From Camelus dromedarius (Eukaryota), in contig NC_087436.1 in NCBI RefSeq assembly GCF_036321535.1, positions 83,206,001 to 83,270,000 of the forward strand: a stretch of DNA of 64,000 nt, read 5' to 3'. The notes under the pieces were generated by a model. That model made no database searches. It was not told the DNA's origin and saw only the letters and a list, made by a program, of their open reading frames with translations. The translations under genes and the position numbers were made by a program. Positions 27,401 through 36,480 of the stretch are shown here, one piece after another (positions within the stretch are counted from its first letter, which is position 1; each line of letters starts with the position of its first letter).

Positions 27401-30400
27401 TTGTGACAACCAAAGATGTCTCCAGATTTTGCCAGATGTCTTCTAGGGGGCAAAAATCACCCCTGTTTGAGAATCACTGGTCTGGAGGAAGGGGCTTCTT
27501 TTTATAATTCCACCAAGACACAGCAGTGTCTATGTGTTAGCAGTGGTTCGACCAATCAAACTGTAAATTAGGGGTTAAGTCTAGGAAGAAGGAGTGGGAA
27601 GGTGGAGAAGAAATTTACACAGCATTTTATACATTTCTATATTTTCCACTGAACATTTATTTCTTCTGAAATTTTACAAGATCAATAAATATAACTTTTA
27701 AATCAAAATTTTCATTAGGAATTTGCAAGAAGTTCTAAACGATGAAGCCGATGACATTAAAGAAGTACTTGGCATATGTTTTTCTGTGAGTACTAGTGAA
27801 AGCCAGATTATAGTTGAATGTTTTTTAAAAATATTTTTCATCATGTCTTAAATATGTTTCATGTTTCGTACCTGAAATATATTTTGGCTACAGATACACT
27901 GGGACCAAAACAATGCTGATTTAATTCCAGATGGGAGCTCTATATTTGTAGACCAAAGCAACAAGTAAGTACTGAGACCTAGTATATCTGCTTTGAATAC
28001 ACATGTTTACATCACTATGCTTTATAAATGTATTTTGTCTTCTCAGATGATCATCTTAGCTCCTGATCTTTTAAGAAAGATAAAAGTTTACAGGGAAGAG
28101 ACGGGGAGAAAGGAATCAGGATTAAATATTTCCTTGGCAGCACTTTTCACTACTCGTTTAACAATTATTTTTGAGCCTCTACTCTATACCAGACCCTATT
28201 CCAGGTGCCAGAGATACAGCAGTGCAACAGACAGACAAAATCTGGAGCTTAAATTCCAGTGAGGCAGAAAGTCGGTACACAAATAAATTATTATCTGACA
28301 AGATGTCAGATAAGGATGAGCTCTCTGAAGAAAATTAAAACCAATTAAAGAACTAGAGAGTGACAGGTAGTGGTATGCTGGAGCTTGTGAGAGCTGATTG
28401 TAAAAGTTTCAAAAATGTTGAGGGTTTACTATTAAAAGTGTTAATAGCTTAAAATGAGCTGTGGTGGGAAGTTACACAACAGAAGTTGGCAAATGCTGCA
28501 AATGAGGGTTCCCTCTTTTTCTCTCTCCGTTTACGAAAGCTGGTTGTAGACCACTTAATAGCACACGGCTGCTTACCGGGGAGCGCAGAGGGGGTTTATT
28601 TCTATGGGATAGTCCACAAAGGATGCTCAAAGGGTAGGAGACTGGCATGTTTCTGGTGGCTCTCTGGTGGAAAACCTCTCTGGTAGCAAACCTGCCATCA
28701 GGAAATTCATTCCGTAGTGGAGAAGATGGCCTTTGCAGAATTAAGTTTCACACAGTGATGTGTTGTGAGAGGAGAGAGAGAGGAATAGAGGACCAACCAG
28801 AGAAAGCCCTGTTCGTGTTGAATTCTGATGAGTGATGGAAGCTGCCAGGTGAAGAGGAAACCCTGCCTGCTGGGGCCTGACCGTAAGAGAGACAGTGAGG
28901 CCAGAAATGCCCATCCAAGTGGGAGGAGGCTGCTGAGTCGGGCAAGGGTCAGAGCACCGAGGCCTTTTTGATCCCGCTAGAGAGGTTGGAATTTACCCTA
29001 AAGGCAATGAGAAGCCTTTGAAAGATTTTAAGTGGGAGAATGACATTTTCAGATTAGTGTATTTGAAATATCCGTCTGCCCCTAGGGAAATGGGAGCAAA
29101 ACAAAGTCTTCATCTGCTGTATTCTCTCAGTTTCCTCCATCTAGCTGACCAGATGTTCTCATATCCCTGAGTCGTGTAGGGTGGTGTGCAATGCAGAAGT
29201 AATTTACTTTTCTTTTTCAATAGAAGTGGTAAAAAGGGCAAAGTAGAGAATATTTTAGTCACGGGTAAAATATGTTATTGGCCTTTTTTTCCTTCCCCCA
29301 AGGAAAGACTATGTTTCTAAGTACGTTGATTACATTTTCAACACCTCTGTTATGGCAGTTTATGAGGAATTTCAGAGAGGATTTCATAAAGTCTGTGACA
29401 AGGAGATACTTAAATATTTCCAGCCTGAAGAACTAATGACAGCGATGGTTGGAAATACTGATTATGACTGGGAACAGTTTGAACAGGTAGGCGATAACCA
29501 AAGTGCCCCCAATCCTTCCACACAACTTCTATGTATTCCCCCCTGAAAACCATTTTTCTCCTTTTTTCCCCAAGAATTCAAGCTATATTCCAGGATACCA
29601 TAAATCACATCATACTATACTGATGTTTTGGAAAGCTTTCCACAAATTAACTTTGGATGAAAAGATAAAATTCCTCTGTAAGTATTACAGTAATAGATGG
29701 ATCTATAATTATATATCTTTTAAAGAATCTTACTTGAGATGAAGTCATTATTAATGATGCATCACAAATGTTAATGGCAAAGCAAGGGTTAGAACCCAGT
29801 TTCCCACCTTCTAGACCAGTGTTCTTCCTCTTACACGAGCCTGTTTCTCATTTTAAGAAAATGATAGTAATAAAGATACTGCTATTTTACTATCTTGTCT
29901 ATACTGACTCTAATTCTACCTCCAATGTCAGTTTGTGTCCTCTTTCTTCACTCTAGTGAAGAAAGTTGGCTCCTAATGGAGCCTTTTATATCACATTCCT
30001 TCCATTATTTAATTATGTAAAGTCCTATGGAATTAGGACAATGGAAGCTGTCTCAAATATTATTTTAGAAATAATAATAGTAGCAATGACCACTGATGAT
30101 GATAATAACAACAACTGCGTTTTTATTGTGTGCTTATTCTATGCCAGGCATTGTACTGATCACTGTATATCTGTTACCTCCCTTTATCCTCATAGCAGTC
30201 TTGTGAAGCAGGTACTTTTATTTTTCCCCATTTCAGATATGAGGAAAAAGAGGCTTGAGGCATTCAGCAGCTTTCCTATGTTCAGATAGCTGGTGAGTCT
30301 CAGAACGAGAGTTTGAGCCCAGCAGTCTAGTTCAAAGCCCAGGCTCTGGACCACTAAGCTCTGTGGCCTTGTGGTGTAAGCATTACTTTTCTTGGTGGAA

Positions 30401-31297
30401 ACCCTAGGGTTTCCCTAGGACAGACTTAATGACTTACTGTCTTACCTTCTCATCTCATTTCTCAGTTCTTCCTGAGATACACATCTTTCTTCTTGCTGTT
30501 TTTGTTGTTCCTGAGGATTTCTGAGGACAATTCCAACTTCTCCATAAACCTAACCTACTTCTCCGCAAGCCCAAGCTACCTTACCAATCTTCTCTCTTAA
30601 CGGGAGACTTTTGCTTCAGCCTAGAGGACCCACTGTCTGTACCTTCAGTGAGTTCACTTACATCTTCCTACCTCTGGCTTTTTCTTGGGCTTTTTTCTGC
30701 TGCCTTGAAAGGTCACCCAGCTCCTCTCCTTGAGAACTGACCAGCCAGATGTGACCTCTAAAGTTGCCCTAGCACCTCTGACCCTGCCTTGAGTCTCAGC
30801 TTCACCTCACACCTCCTAGTTTAGCTACTCAACTTCCTTGTATCTTGGTAGTCTCTTTTCCTATATGTAATTTCCCCACAACTAGATCATGAACTCACTG
30901 AGGATAAAGACCAAATGTCATTATTTTTCTTCACTCCACATGGTCCCATGTAGTTCTCTTTGCACAAGAGGACCCAATAACTATTTATCGAATGAAGTGA
31001 TTAATTTCTTCCTTTTCATTATACGTTTTGCTCTTTCTATGAAATATCTTAACCAAATTTTATTCCTTTTTAGTTTTTCTTACAGGAAATGACAGACTGC
31101 ATGTAAGAGGCATACAGAAAATGGGTATTGTATTTCGCTGTCCCGAAACTTTCAGTGAAAGAAATTTCCCAAGATCACTGACCTGTCATAATATTCTGGA
31201 CCTCCCTAAATATTCTACAATGGAAAGAATGGAAGAAGCACTTCAAATAGCCATCAACAGCAACAAAGGATTTGTCTCACCCATAGTCACAGGGTGA
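3302..31297 (+). CDS. HERC6: HERC6 E3 ligase, 3' part (15 coding exons, equivalent to exons 9-23; 5' exons lie upstream of the window)
   Basis: Manual splicing gives 1965 nt in one frame ([19 protein letters not shown]...[16 protein letters not shown]...[42 protein letters not shown]). It matches remembered human HERC6 and has the HECT catalytic Cys (TGT 31184-31186). All introns are GT-AG. Confidence 0.95.
3520..3629 (+). repeat. 110-bp direct repeat, copy 1
   Basis: Identical to 4244-4353 except for one base. Confidence 0.95.
4004..4063 (+). CDS. HERC6: HERC6 exon (60 nt)
   Basis: ttttgcag|TGAAATT...AAAAG|gtaata; [19 protein letters not shown]. Confidence 0.92.
4244..4353 (+). repeat. 110-bp direct repeat, copy 2
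   Basis: Identical to 3520-3629 except for one base. Confidence 0.95.
4739..5187 (-). mobile_element. ERV solo LTR interrupted by a SINE
   Basis: TG start, antisense polyA-like tttatt, attggct (CCAAT) boxes; family unassigned. Confidence 0.5.
4960..5066 (-). mobile_element. tRNA-Ala-derived (Vic-1-like) SINE with internal deletion
   Basis: gattgaacccaggacctcgtgcactctaccactgagctataccc; TSD cccttaggtttt on both sides. Confidence 0.85.
6850..6943 (+). CDS. HERC6: HERC6 exon (94 nt)
   Basis: ccaaag|AGAATCT...TTG|gtaata; [31 protein letters not shown]. Confidence 0.9.
7411..7858 (-). mobile_element. ERV1-type solo LTR
   Basis: TG...CA ends; architecture similar to 9683-10245. Confidence 0.5.
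7961..8110 (+). mobile_element. tRNA-Ala-derived (Vic-1-like) SINE
   Basis: ggtatagctcagtggtagagtgcgtggttagcatgcaggaggtcctgggttcaatccccagtaccacca with A/B boxes and an A-rich tail. Confidence 0.9.
8553..9192 (-). mobile_element. ERV solo LTR
   Basis: Antisense polyA signal ctttattgctttgccgggcaaagggg typical of laurasiatherian ERV LTRs; boundaries approximate. Confidence 0.55.
9223..9578 (-). mobile_element. ERV solo LTR
   Basis: tgaagaaagaggcaggccactccagatt...ttttaataagcaaggg; LTR-like layout. Confidence 0.5.
9683..10245 (-). mobile_element. ERV1 (MER34-like) solo LTR nested in an MLT1-type MaLR (~9580-10490)
   Basis: tgtaggggaaggaaaaa...gttttattaa...cagcatattttggggg..cccttccca; MLT1-like flanks (aacaacatccaaatctccatggctta / cacattccatagctagaa). 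Confidence 0.55.
10799..10988 (+). CDS. HERC6: HERC6 exon (190 nt)
   Basis: ccacag|ATAACT...CTGA|gtaagt; [37 protein letters not shown]... Confidence 0.92.
11147..11722 (-). mobile_element. ERV1-type solo LTR
   Basis: TG...CA termini, antisense AATAAA (tttattgc ~11225), antisense TATA-like ttttaaa. Confidence 0.7.
11990..13260 (-). mobile_element. Old L1 (L1M) fragments
   Basis: T-rich L1 3'UTR/ORF2-like text (aattactgggtcaaa, atggctgaatagtattcc). Confidence 0.55.
13802..13956 (+). CDS. HERC6: HERC6 exon (155 nt)
   Basis: cctcag|AGCAG...AAG|gtaagg; [19 protein letters not shown]...EMMKEVYK. Confidence 0.92.
14495..16400 (-). mobile_element. L1 3' UTR and ORF2 C-terminal remnant
   Basis: The minus-strand [41 protein letters not shown] is L1 ORF2p C-terminus-like. 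Confidence 0.9.
16942..17152 (+). mobile_element. MER58A-like DNA transposon
   Basis: gtttttacaaataaagttttattgggacaca...aaaatatttacca..tgg...aaagagtttgttgac. Confidence 0.75.
17585..17698 (+). CDS. HERC6: HERC6 exon (114 nt)
   Basis: tttaag|GTAAAC...CTG|gtaaga; [38 protein letters not shown]. Confidence 0.9.
18017..18124 (+). CDS. HERC6: HERC6 exon (108 nt)
   Basis: ttttag|ATG...CTG|gtatgt; [36 protein letters not shown]. Confidence 0.92.
18444..18955 (-). mobile_element. Artiodactyl-type L1 3' end
   Basis: tttttttaaattgaagtatagt...catccatgttgctgcaaatggc. Confidence 0.8.
21130..21291 (+). CDS. HERC6: HERC6 exon (162 nt), start of HECT region
   Basis: ttctag|GAATCA...GTG|gtacag; ...[31 protein letters not shown]. 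Confidence 0.92.
21472..21945 (-). mobile_element. MLT1-type MaLR LTR
   Basis: gctgcgtaatgaaccatcccaaa..gacttaaaa; caaagcaagtcaca..gagcccaa; gggaggaactgcaaagtcacatg. Confidence 0.65.
23364..23507 (+). CDS. HERC6: HERC6 exon (144 nt), HECT
   Basis: tctcag|GTTGAA...AAT|gtgagt; [48 protein letters not shown]. Confidence 0.93.
23606..23722. mobile_element. MER5A-like DNA transposon
   Basis: ttgctactcaaaa..ggtccatgga...ttttataagattccccaggtgattcgtatgc. Confidence 0.7.
23740..24290 (-). mobile_element. L1MB-like 3' end with SINE insertion
   Basis: caccacaatcaagata..aaca; ggcaaccactgatctg; ttcactcagcataatg. Confidence 0.65.
23884..23988 (-). mobile_element. tRNA-Ala-derived (Vic-1-like) SINE
   Basis: atggaggtactggggattgaactcaggaccttgtgcatgctaagcatgtgctctaccact. 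Confidence 0.9.
24960..25450. mobile_element. MIR fragments (two, opposite orientations)
   Basis: ctctgagtttccagtttcctcacctaaaaaatgg and cccattttacagatgaagaaactgagtctcagagag. Confidence 0.7.
26415..26581 (+). CDS. HERC6: HERC6 exon (167 nt), HECT
   Basis: ttccag|CCTAAA...GGAA|gtaagt; [55 protein letters not shown]. Confidence 0.93.
27275..27479 (-). mobile_element. MER20-like DNA transposon
   Basis: cagggtttctcaaccttggca...ttgtgacaaccaaagatgtctccaga...gggggcaaaaatcacccc..gagaatcactg. Confidence 0.8.
27719..27785 (+). CDS. HERC6: HERC6 exon (67 nt), HECT
   Basis: cattag|GAAT...TCT|gtgagt; [22 protein letters not shown]. Confidence 0.92.
27894..27964 (+). CDS. HERC6: HERC6 exon (71 nt), HECT
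   Basis: ctacag|ATACAC...CAA|gtaagt; [23 protein letters not shown]. Confidence 0.92.
28367..28570 (+). mobile_element. MER63-like DNA transposon inside L2 remnants
   Basis: agtggtatgctggagc..gagagctgattgt...ggcaaatgctgcaaat...agcacacggctg. Confidence 0.6.
29303..29486 (+). CDS. HERC6: HERC6 exon (184 nt), HECT
   Basis: cccaag|GAAAG...CAG|gtaggc; [27 protein letters not shown]...[12 protein letters not shown]. Confidence 0.93.
29575..29677 (+). CDS. HERC6: HERC6 exon (103 nt), HECT
   Basis: cccaag|AATTCA...CTCT|gtaagt; [34 protein letters not shown]. Confidence 0.93.
30075..30370 (-). mobile_element. MIR
   Basis: tttattgtgtgcttattctatgccaggcattgt...cccattttcagatatgaggaaa..gaggctt. Confidence 0.7.
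31074..31297 (+). CDS. HERC6: HERC6 terminal coding exon with catalytic Cys and stop
   Basis: ttttag|TTTTTC...[14 protein letters not shown]...[13 protein letters not shown]...GFVSPIVTG*. Confidence 0.94.
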
Positions 31298-31423
31298 TGG
31301 TGACCCCTGGGAGTCTCAGATCTCAGGTCCTCTCACCCTTCCATCCTTTTCTTCTTTAGGTCTACTTAGTGCAAAGCATTGATGGATTTTAGTTAGAATT
31401 AGCTGACAAAGGTTGGGATAAAC

Positions 31424-31640
31424 AATAAAGTAGTGAGTCAAGGATAACATTTTTAGTGAATCAACATTTCCTGATCCCTAAACTTGCTTTTAGAATGATT
31501 GCTTCTTTACTGAATTATTTCCTGAGCAGTAATTATTTTTAAATATACTGAATATGAAAAGCTAACAGATATTGTAAAAATCTTATACATCTAATAAACA
31601 CTGTCTGAAAATATAAAAGACATGCTGAAGTTTGAATAAA
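31424..31640 (+). terminator. Candidate HERC6 polyadenylation signals
   Basis: AATAAA at 31424, 31593 and 31635 in the AT-rich region after the stop; the sequence does not show which one is used. Confidence 0.5.
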
Positions 31641-32076
31641 AACTATAAATTAATTCAACATGTTTTTGAGGCTTGTAGGTATATATTTTCATATTCTCCA
31701 AAGTTTTGATTTTAGCCAGACAATCTATTTGAAAAATCAGAATGTTAAGGGATTCATTAACTTATTGAATAATGACTTAAGCTCAATGCTATATTCCAAG
31801 AATCATTCTAAATGCAGATATCATTATTTTGGTAAAGTGTTGAGCCCAGCCAGGAACTCCTGTCTAATTATAATTGGGAAAAATGAAGAACGTGAAACAT
31901 ATTTCAGCATCATGGCTATAGAAGGAATTAAAGGAGAGACATAAGTATGTCGGAAATGAATTTTGTGGATCAATTCCATCTCATATTAAATTTTTTTCTA
32001 ATTCTCGTATTTTGAGGCTTTTTCTTTTATTTTGTGCTAGTTGTATTCTCTTATAATAAAACAGCAAGTCACTGAA

Positions 32077-32540
32077 TTTTTTTTTTAAGTTGAAGTATAG
32101 TTGATTTACAATGTTGGGTTTGTTTCAGGTGTACAGCAAAGAGATTCAGTTATGCACATAAACATATATATGTATTCTTTTTCAGGTTCTTTTTCAATTA
32201 TAGGTTATTATAGGATATTAAATATTCATATTGGTGTAGTTCCCTGTGTTATACAGTAAGCCCTTGTTAGTTATCTGTTTTATATATGTTAATCTCAAAC
32301 TCCTAATTTATCCACCCTCTCTTTTCTCTTTGGTAACTGTAAGTTGGTTTTCTATGTCTGTGAGTCTATTTCTGTTCTGTAAATAAGTTCATTTGTATCA
32401 TTTTTTTTTTCCCCCACATGTAAGTGACATCATGTGATATTTGTTTTTCCTCTGACTTCACTTAGTGTGATGTGATAATCTCTAGGTCCGTCCATGTTGC
32501 TGCAAATGGCATTATTACATTCCTTTTTATGGCTGAATCT
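32077..32540 (-). mobile_element. Artiodactyl-type L1 3' end
   Basis: tttttttaagttgaagtatagttgatttacaatgtt...gtccatgttgctgcaaatggc. Confidence 0.8.
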
Positions 32541-32949
32541 CATAATAAATTTTAAACTCTAAGCTATTTTATAAATGCCTGTTGTCATCCCAAACCATAC
32601 ACAGAAGCCTTGTGTCCGGGGTACTCTGGGCAAGGAGACTATGAAGCCCACACTGGGGTGCTGATAGGGAGAGAGTGCAGGCATCTGAGGATGGACAGAA
32701 CAGACACAGAGAATTCACCAAGGACACTAGAATGTGAGGTGGTCAGCAGAAACATAAGCCCCCAGTGAATCCTCATAGTTATTTGGGACATACCTGGTTT
32801 CTACAGTAAATGGAATAAAGGCCCAGATATATTCTATTTGAATTTTGAGGGAAAAGGTTTTTACCTGTAAATCCTGGGGATCCTTAGGCACCTGACTTCT
32901 GGGTTGTGTTTTTCAGGTCTTTCAATGCCAAAATTACTTTTTCTATGCA

Positions 32950-35230
32950 AATGGGTGAACTGTACTAAACATTTTAAGAAGAGATAGTACCAATTCTTTA
33001 CAGACTTTCAGAAAATACGGAAGAGGGAACACTGCCAGCACTGTCCTAATATCAAAACCAAATAAAGACATTACAGGAGAAGAAAACTACATATATCTCT
33101 CATGAACACAGACACAAAACTCTTCTACAAAATTTTAACATATCAAACATCCAACAAAATATAAAAAGGATAATACCTTGTGACCAACTGGGATATAGTC
33201 CAGAAACGCATTTGAAAATCCATTATACTTCACTATAGTAGACCCAAAAAATCATGTAATTACCTCAACAGAGGTAGAAGAAAAATGGACAAAATTCAAT
33301 AGCCGCTCATCAATACTCTTAGTAAACTAGGAACATCCTCAAGCTGATAGAGTCTACACACAGCTGACATACTTAATGCTGAAAGACCGAAAACTTTCCG
33401 TCTAAAACTGGGAACAAGGCAAAGATGTCTCTCATCTGTTCTATTCAACATTTTACTAGAGGTACCCCTTACAATTGGGCAAACTGAAAAAAGAAGATAT
33501 AATGATTACAAAGGAAAGAGTGAAACTATCTTATTTACAGACTACATGGTTATCTGTAGGAGATTCAAAGGGACCTCTGAAAAACTACTAGAACTATTAA
33601 GTAAATACAGAAAGGTGTCAGGATTCAAGGTCAAGCTATAAAAATTAATTGTATTTATATATACTCACAACAATCACACACTGAAATTTTTTGAAGTACC
33701 ATTTGCAATATCATCAAAAAAGTAATAGTTAAGGATAAATTTTTAAAAATACGTTTGTTCACTGAAAACTAAAAAATACTGCTGGAAGAGATTAAAGAAG
33801 CTTTAAATTAATGGACAGAGATATGCTCATGGACAGAAGAATCAATATTATCAGCATATTAGTTCTTCACAAATTGATCTAATTTAGTGCAGTTTCAAAA
33901 TCCTTGCAGTCTGTCTTGTAGAAATTGATAAACTAATCCTAAAATATATATGGAAATGCAAAGGACCTAAAATAGCCCACTGAAGAAGGACACTGAAGAA
34001 GGACAATTTTGAGACATAGTTAGAATCCACAGTAATCGAGGTAGTGTGGTTCTGGAATAAAAAATGAACATACCGATCAGTGGAACACAATAAAAAGTCC
34101 AGAAATAAATCCAATCACATGTAGCCAACAGAGTTTTGATGAAGACACCAAAACATTTCAATGAGTAAAGGCAAACTGAAACAGCTGGAAATCCATAAGA
34201 AAAAAAATGGGCCTCTTCCCTTACCTCACAGCAGAAAGAATAATTCATCTGAAACATAACAAAGCCCTAAAGCTATAAAACTTCTGGAAGATAACATATA
34301 AGAAAATCTTTACTTTGGGTTAAGCAAACATTTCTTAAGTAAGACAAAAAAAGGCATAAACTATGTAAAAGGAAAAAAATGGATAAAGAAAAAACAATTG
34401 CATCAAAATTTAAACTTTAGCCTTCAAATGACATTTTTAATAAAAGGCAAGCAAGTCACAGACTGGTAGAAAACATTTCAAAACTTATCTAATAAAGGAC
34501 TTGCTATATAACAAAGAACTCTAAAATATATTAAAAAAACTTTAATTAATTAATAAATGGGCAAAAGATGTGAACACTTCGCCAAAGAAGAGAGAGAGAT
34601 CAGCACTAATAAGCACCTGAAAAAATGCTTAACATCATTAACATTAGGGAAATGGAAATTAAAACAGTAATAAGATAGTGGACATTGCAATTATTTAAAT
34701 TAAAAAGACTGACAACACCAAATGCTGGCAAGGATACAGAGGGACTGGAACTCCCATAAATTGCTGGAGGGAATGCAAAGTAGTTTAGTATTTTGGAAAA
34801 GTGTGGCAGTTTCTTATAATGATATTCCTATACTTAGCATTTGATACAGCAACTCCGTTTTTAGGTATTTACGCCAAAGAAATGAAAACATTTATCCACT
34901 GGAAGACTTGTTCACAAATATTCATAGCACCTCTATTCATTGTAGCCCCAAACTGGAAAGGAATGAAATACCCTCCTATTGGTAAATGGATACAGAAATT
35001 GTGGTTATTTCCATATAATGGAATATGATTCAACAACAAGAAAGAGGGAACTACTGATGAAACACAGCAGGACGAATCTCTAAAGCCTTATGCTAAGTGA
35101 AAAAAGGCAGTCACACAAGACTGCAGACGTTTGATTCTACTTGTAAGAAATCCTAGAAAAGGGAAAAATAATACATTGACCCAAAGCAGATCACTGGTCT
35201 CAGGCACCTCAGTGTGGGCTGTGGGACTAA
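32950..35230 (+). mobile_element. Old L1 (ORF2 3' part and 3'UTR), filling most of the HERC6-HERC5 intergenic region
   Basis: A-rich decayed ORF2 text (ctattcaacatt..actagagg, aaaactactagaact, aaatgggcaaaagatgtgaaca). Confidence 0.8.
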
Positions 35231-35380
35231 CTGCTAGTTCTCTTCGTCACTTTCATCGCGATCCTGTGGCAGAGTCTGGAACAGAATGCTCAACAAACTT
35301 TAGCTTTCCTTGCCACGATAGTTTCTGGAAATTCTGCAAGTCCGTCTGTGTCAGGGCTCCTCCTAGCGGAATTGTAGTGT

Positions 35381-35389
35381 TTCCTCGAA
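35381..35389. promoter_or_regulatory. GAS (STAT) motif upstream of HERC5
   Basis: TTCCTCGAA fits TTCN3GAA. Confidence 0.45.
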
Positions 35390-35520
35390 AGCCATTTGGT
35401 TCAGGAATTCAGGTGGCCACTGCCCGCCCGGGACACTTTCTTAGCCCTGTCCACTCACCTCTTAATCTGCCAGCATCCTGTTTACTTTGGCAGCCTTCCA
35501 GCCCAGTCTTGAATCGATCG

Positions 35521-35534
35521 AGTTTCCCTTTCTC
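35521..35534 (+). promoter_or_regulatory. ISRE, HERC5 promoter
   Basis: AGTTTCCCTTTCTC fits AGTTTCNNTTTCNC; HERC5 is an established interferon-stimulated gene. Confidence 0.75.
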
Positions 35535-35575
35535 TTTCCTTTTCAATGCCGTCCCCTTAAAAAAAAAAAAAAAAT

Positions 35576-35589
35576 CAGTTTCATTTCTC
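35576..35589 (+). promoter_or_regulatory. Second ISRE/IRF element, HERC5 promoter
   Basis: CAGTTTCATTTCTC (AGTTTCNTTTC), next to GC boxes (CTCCGCCCC ~35603, GGGGCGGG ~35645). Confidence 0.7.
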
Positions 35590-36480
35590 CCTGAACGGCC
35601 GGCTCCGCCCCCAAACAGCACGTTGGAAGCTCGGCGTCTGGGCAGGGGCGGGGTAGGGAGGCTGCGGTTCCCCGACGCCGCAGAGCGCTCCGCCAGCTCG
35701 GGCTCAGCACCGCGACGTCCGGGGTCGGTGGACGCTCTCAGGCCTTGGCCGTCTCCCTCTCTCCTCTTGCCTCGGGGCAGGTTGGCCCTTGGTCTCCTCC
35801 GAAGGTCCGGAGAGAGGAGGCGCGGCCGTGGAGCCCGGGAAAGCGGCGATGGAGCAGAGGTCACAGAAGAGTTCGCGGGGCGGCGCGGGTTCGACGCCCG
35901 GGCGGGTCCCCGCGTCTAGGCCCCCCGCATCCTGGACGCTCGCGTCCCGTCCCGCACAGCCGCGGGGCTCGAGGCTCTGGCTCTTCCCCAGTGCCGCCGG
36001 ACTCCGCAGCGCGCTGTCCCGGAGGACCGAGGCGACACGCCAGATGTGCTGCACGCACGGGCGTCTGGCGGTGCTGGAGCGTGGCGGGGCCGGCATCGAG
36101 GTCCACCAGCTGCTGGCGGAGAGCGACGGCGCCAGGAAGCCGAGTGAGTGCGGCCGGGCAGCGTCGGCTCGGCCCTTCCGCCTCGGGCTTGGGGGTGTGA
36201 GTGAGGTGGGCGGCCGGGGTCCGCGCCTGCGGGTCGGGGTCGCGGCCGACGCGGACGCTTCTCTCCCGAGTGGCCTGACTTGTGGGTGTGCGGTCCTTCT
36301 GCAAACGGCAAGGGAGACTCAAAAGGGGACACGACGCCGCAGGAGTCCGCGGGGACGTCAGAAAGGCGACCGGCCCAGGTGTTTCTCGTGTTTGGCGCGT
36401 GCAGCATCCCTGAGCTCCCCTAGTCCTGCTCCCAGTGGACTTGGAGTTGGGCAGGGTGCTGGCGAGAAGTCCGCCGTACG
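35590..36480. promoter_or_regulatory. CpG island over the HERC5 promoter and exon 1
   Basis: Very GC- and CpG-rich stretch within an otherwise AT-rich, CpG-depleted window. Confidence 0.92.
35849..36143 (+). CDS. HERC5: HERC5 exon 1 (coding part)
   Basis: gcggcgATGG (strong Kozak)...CCGA|gtgagt. Confidence 0.92.

Noticed and set aside
1532..27479. Inverted MER20 pair within HERC6
   Set aside because: Old, diverged and 26 kb apart; stable pairing is unlikely.
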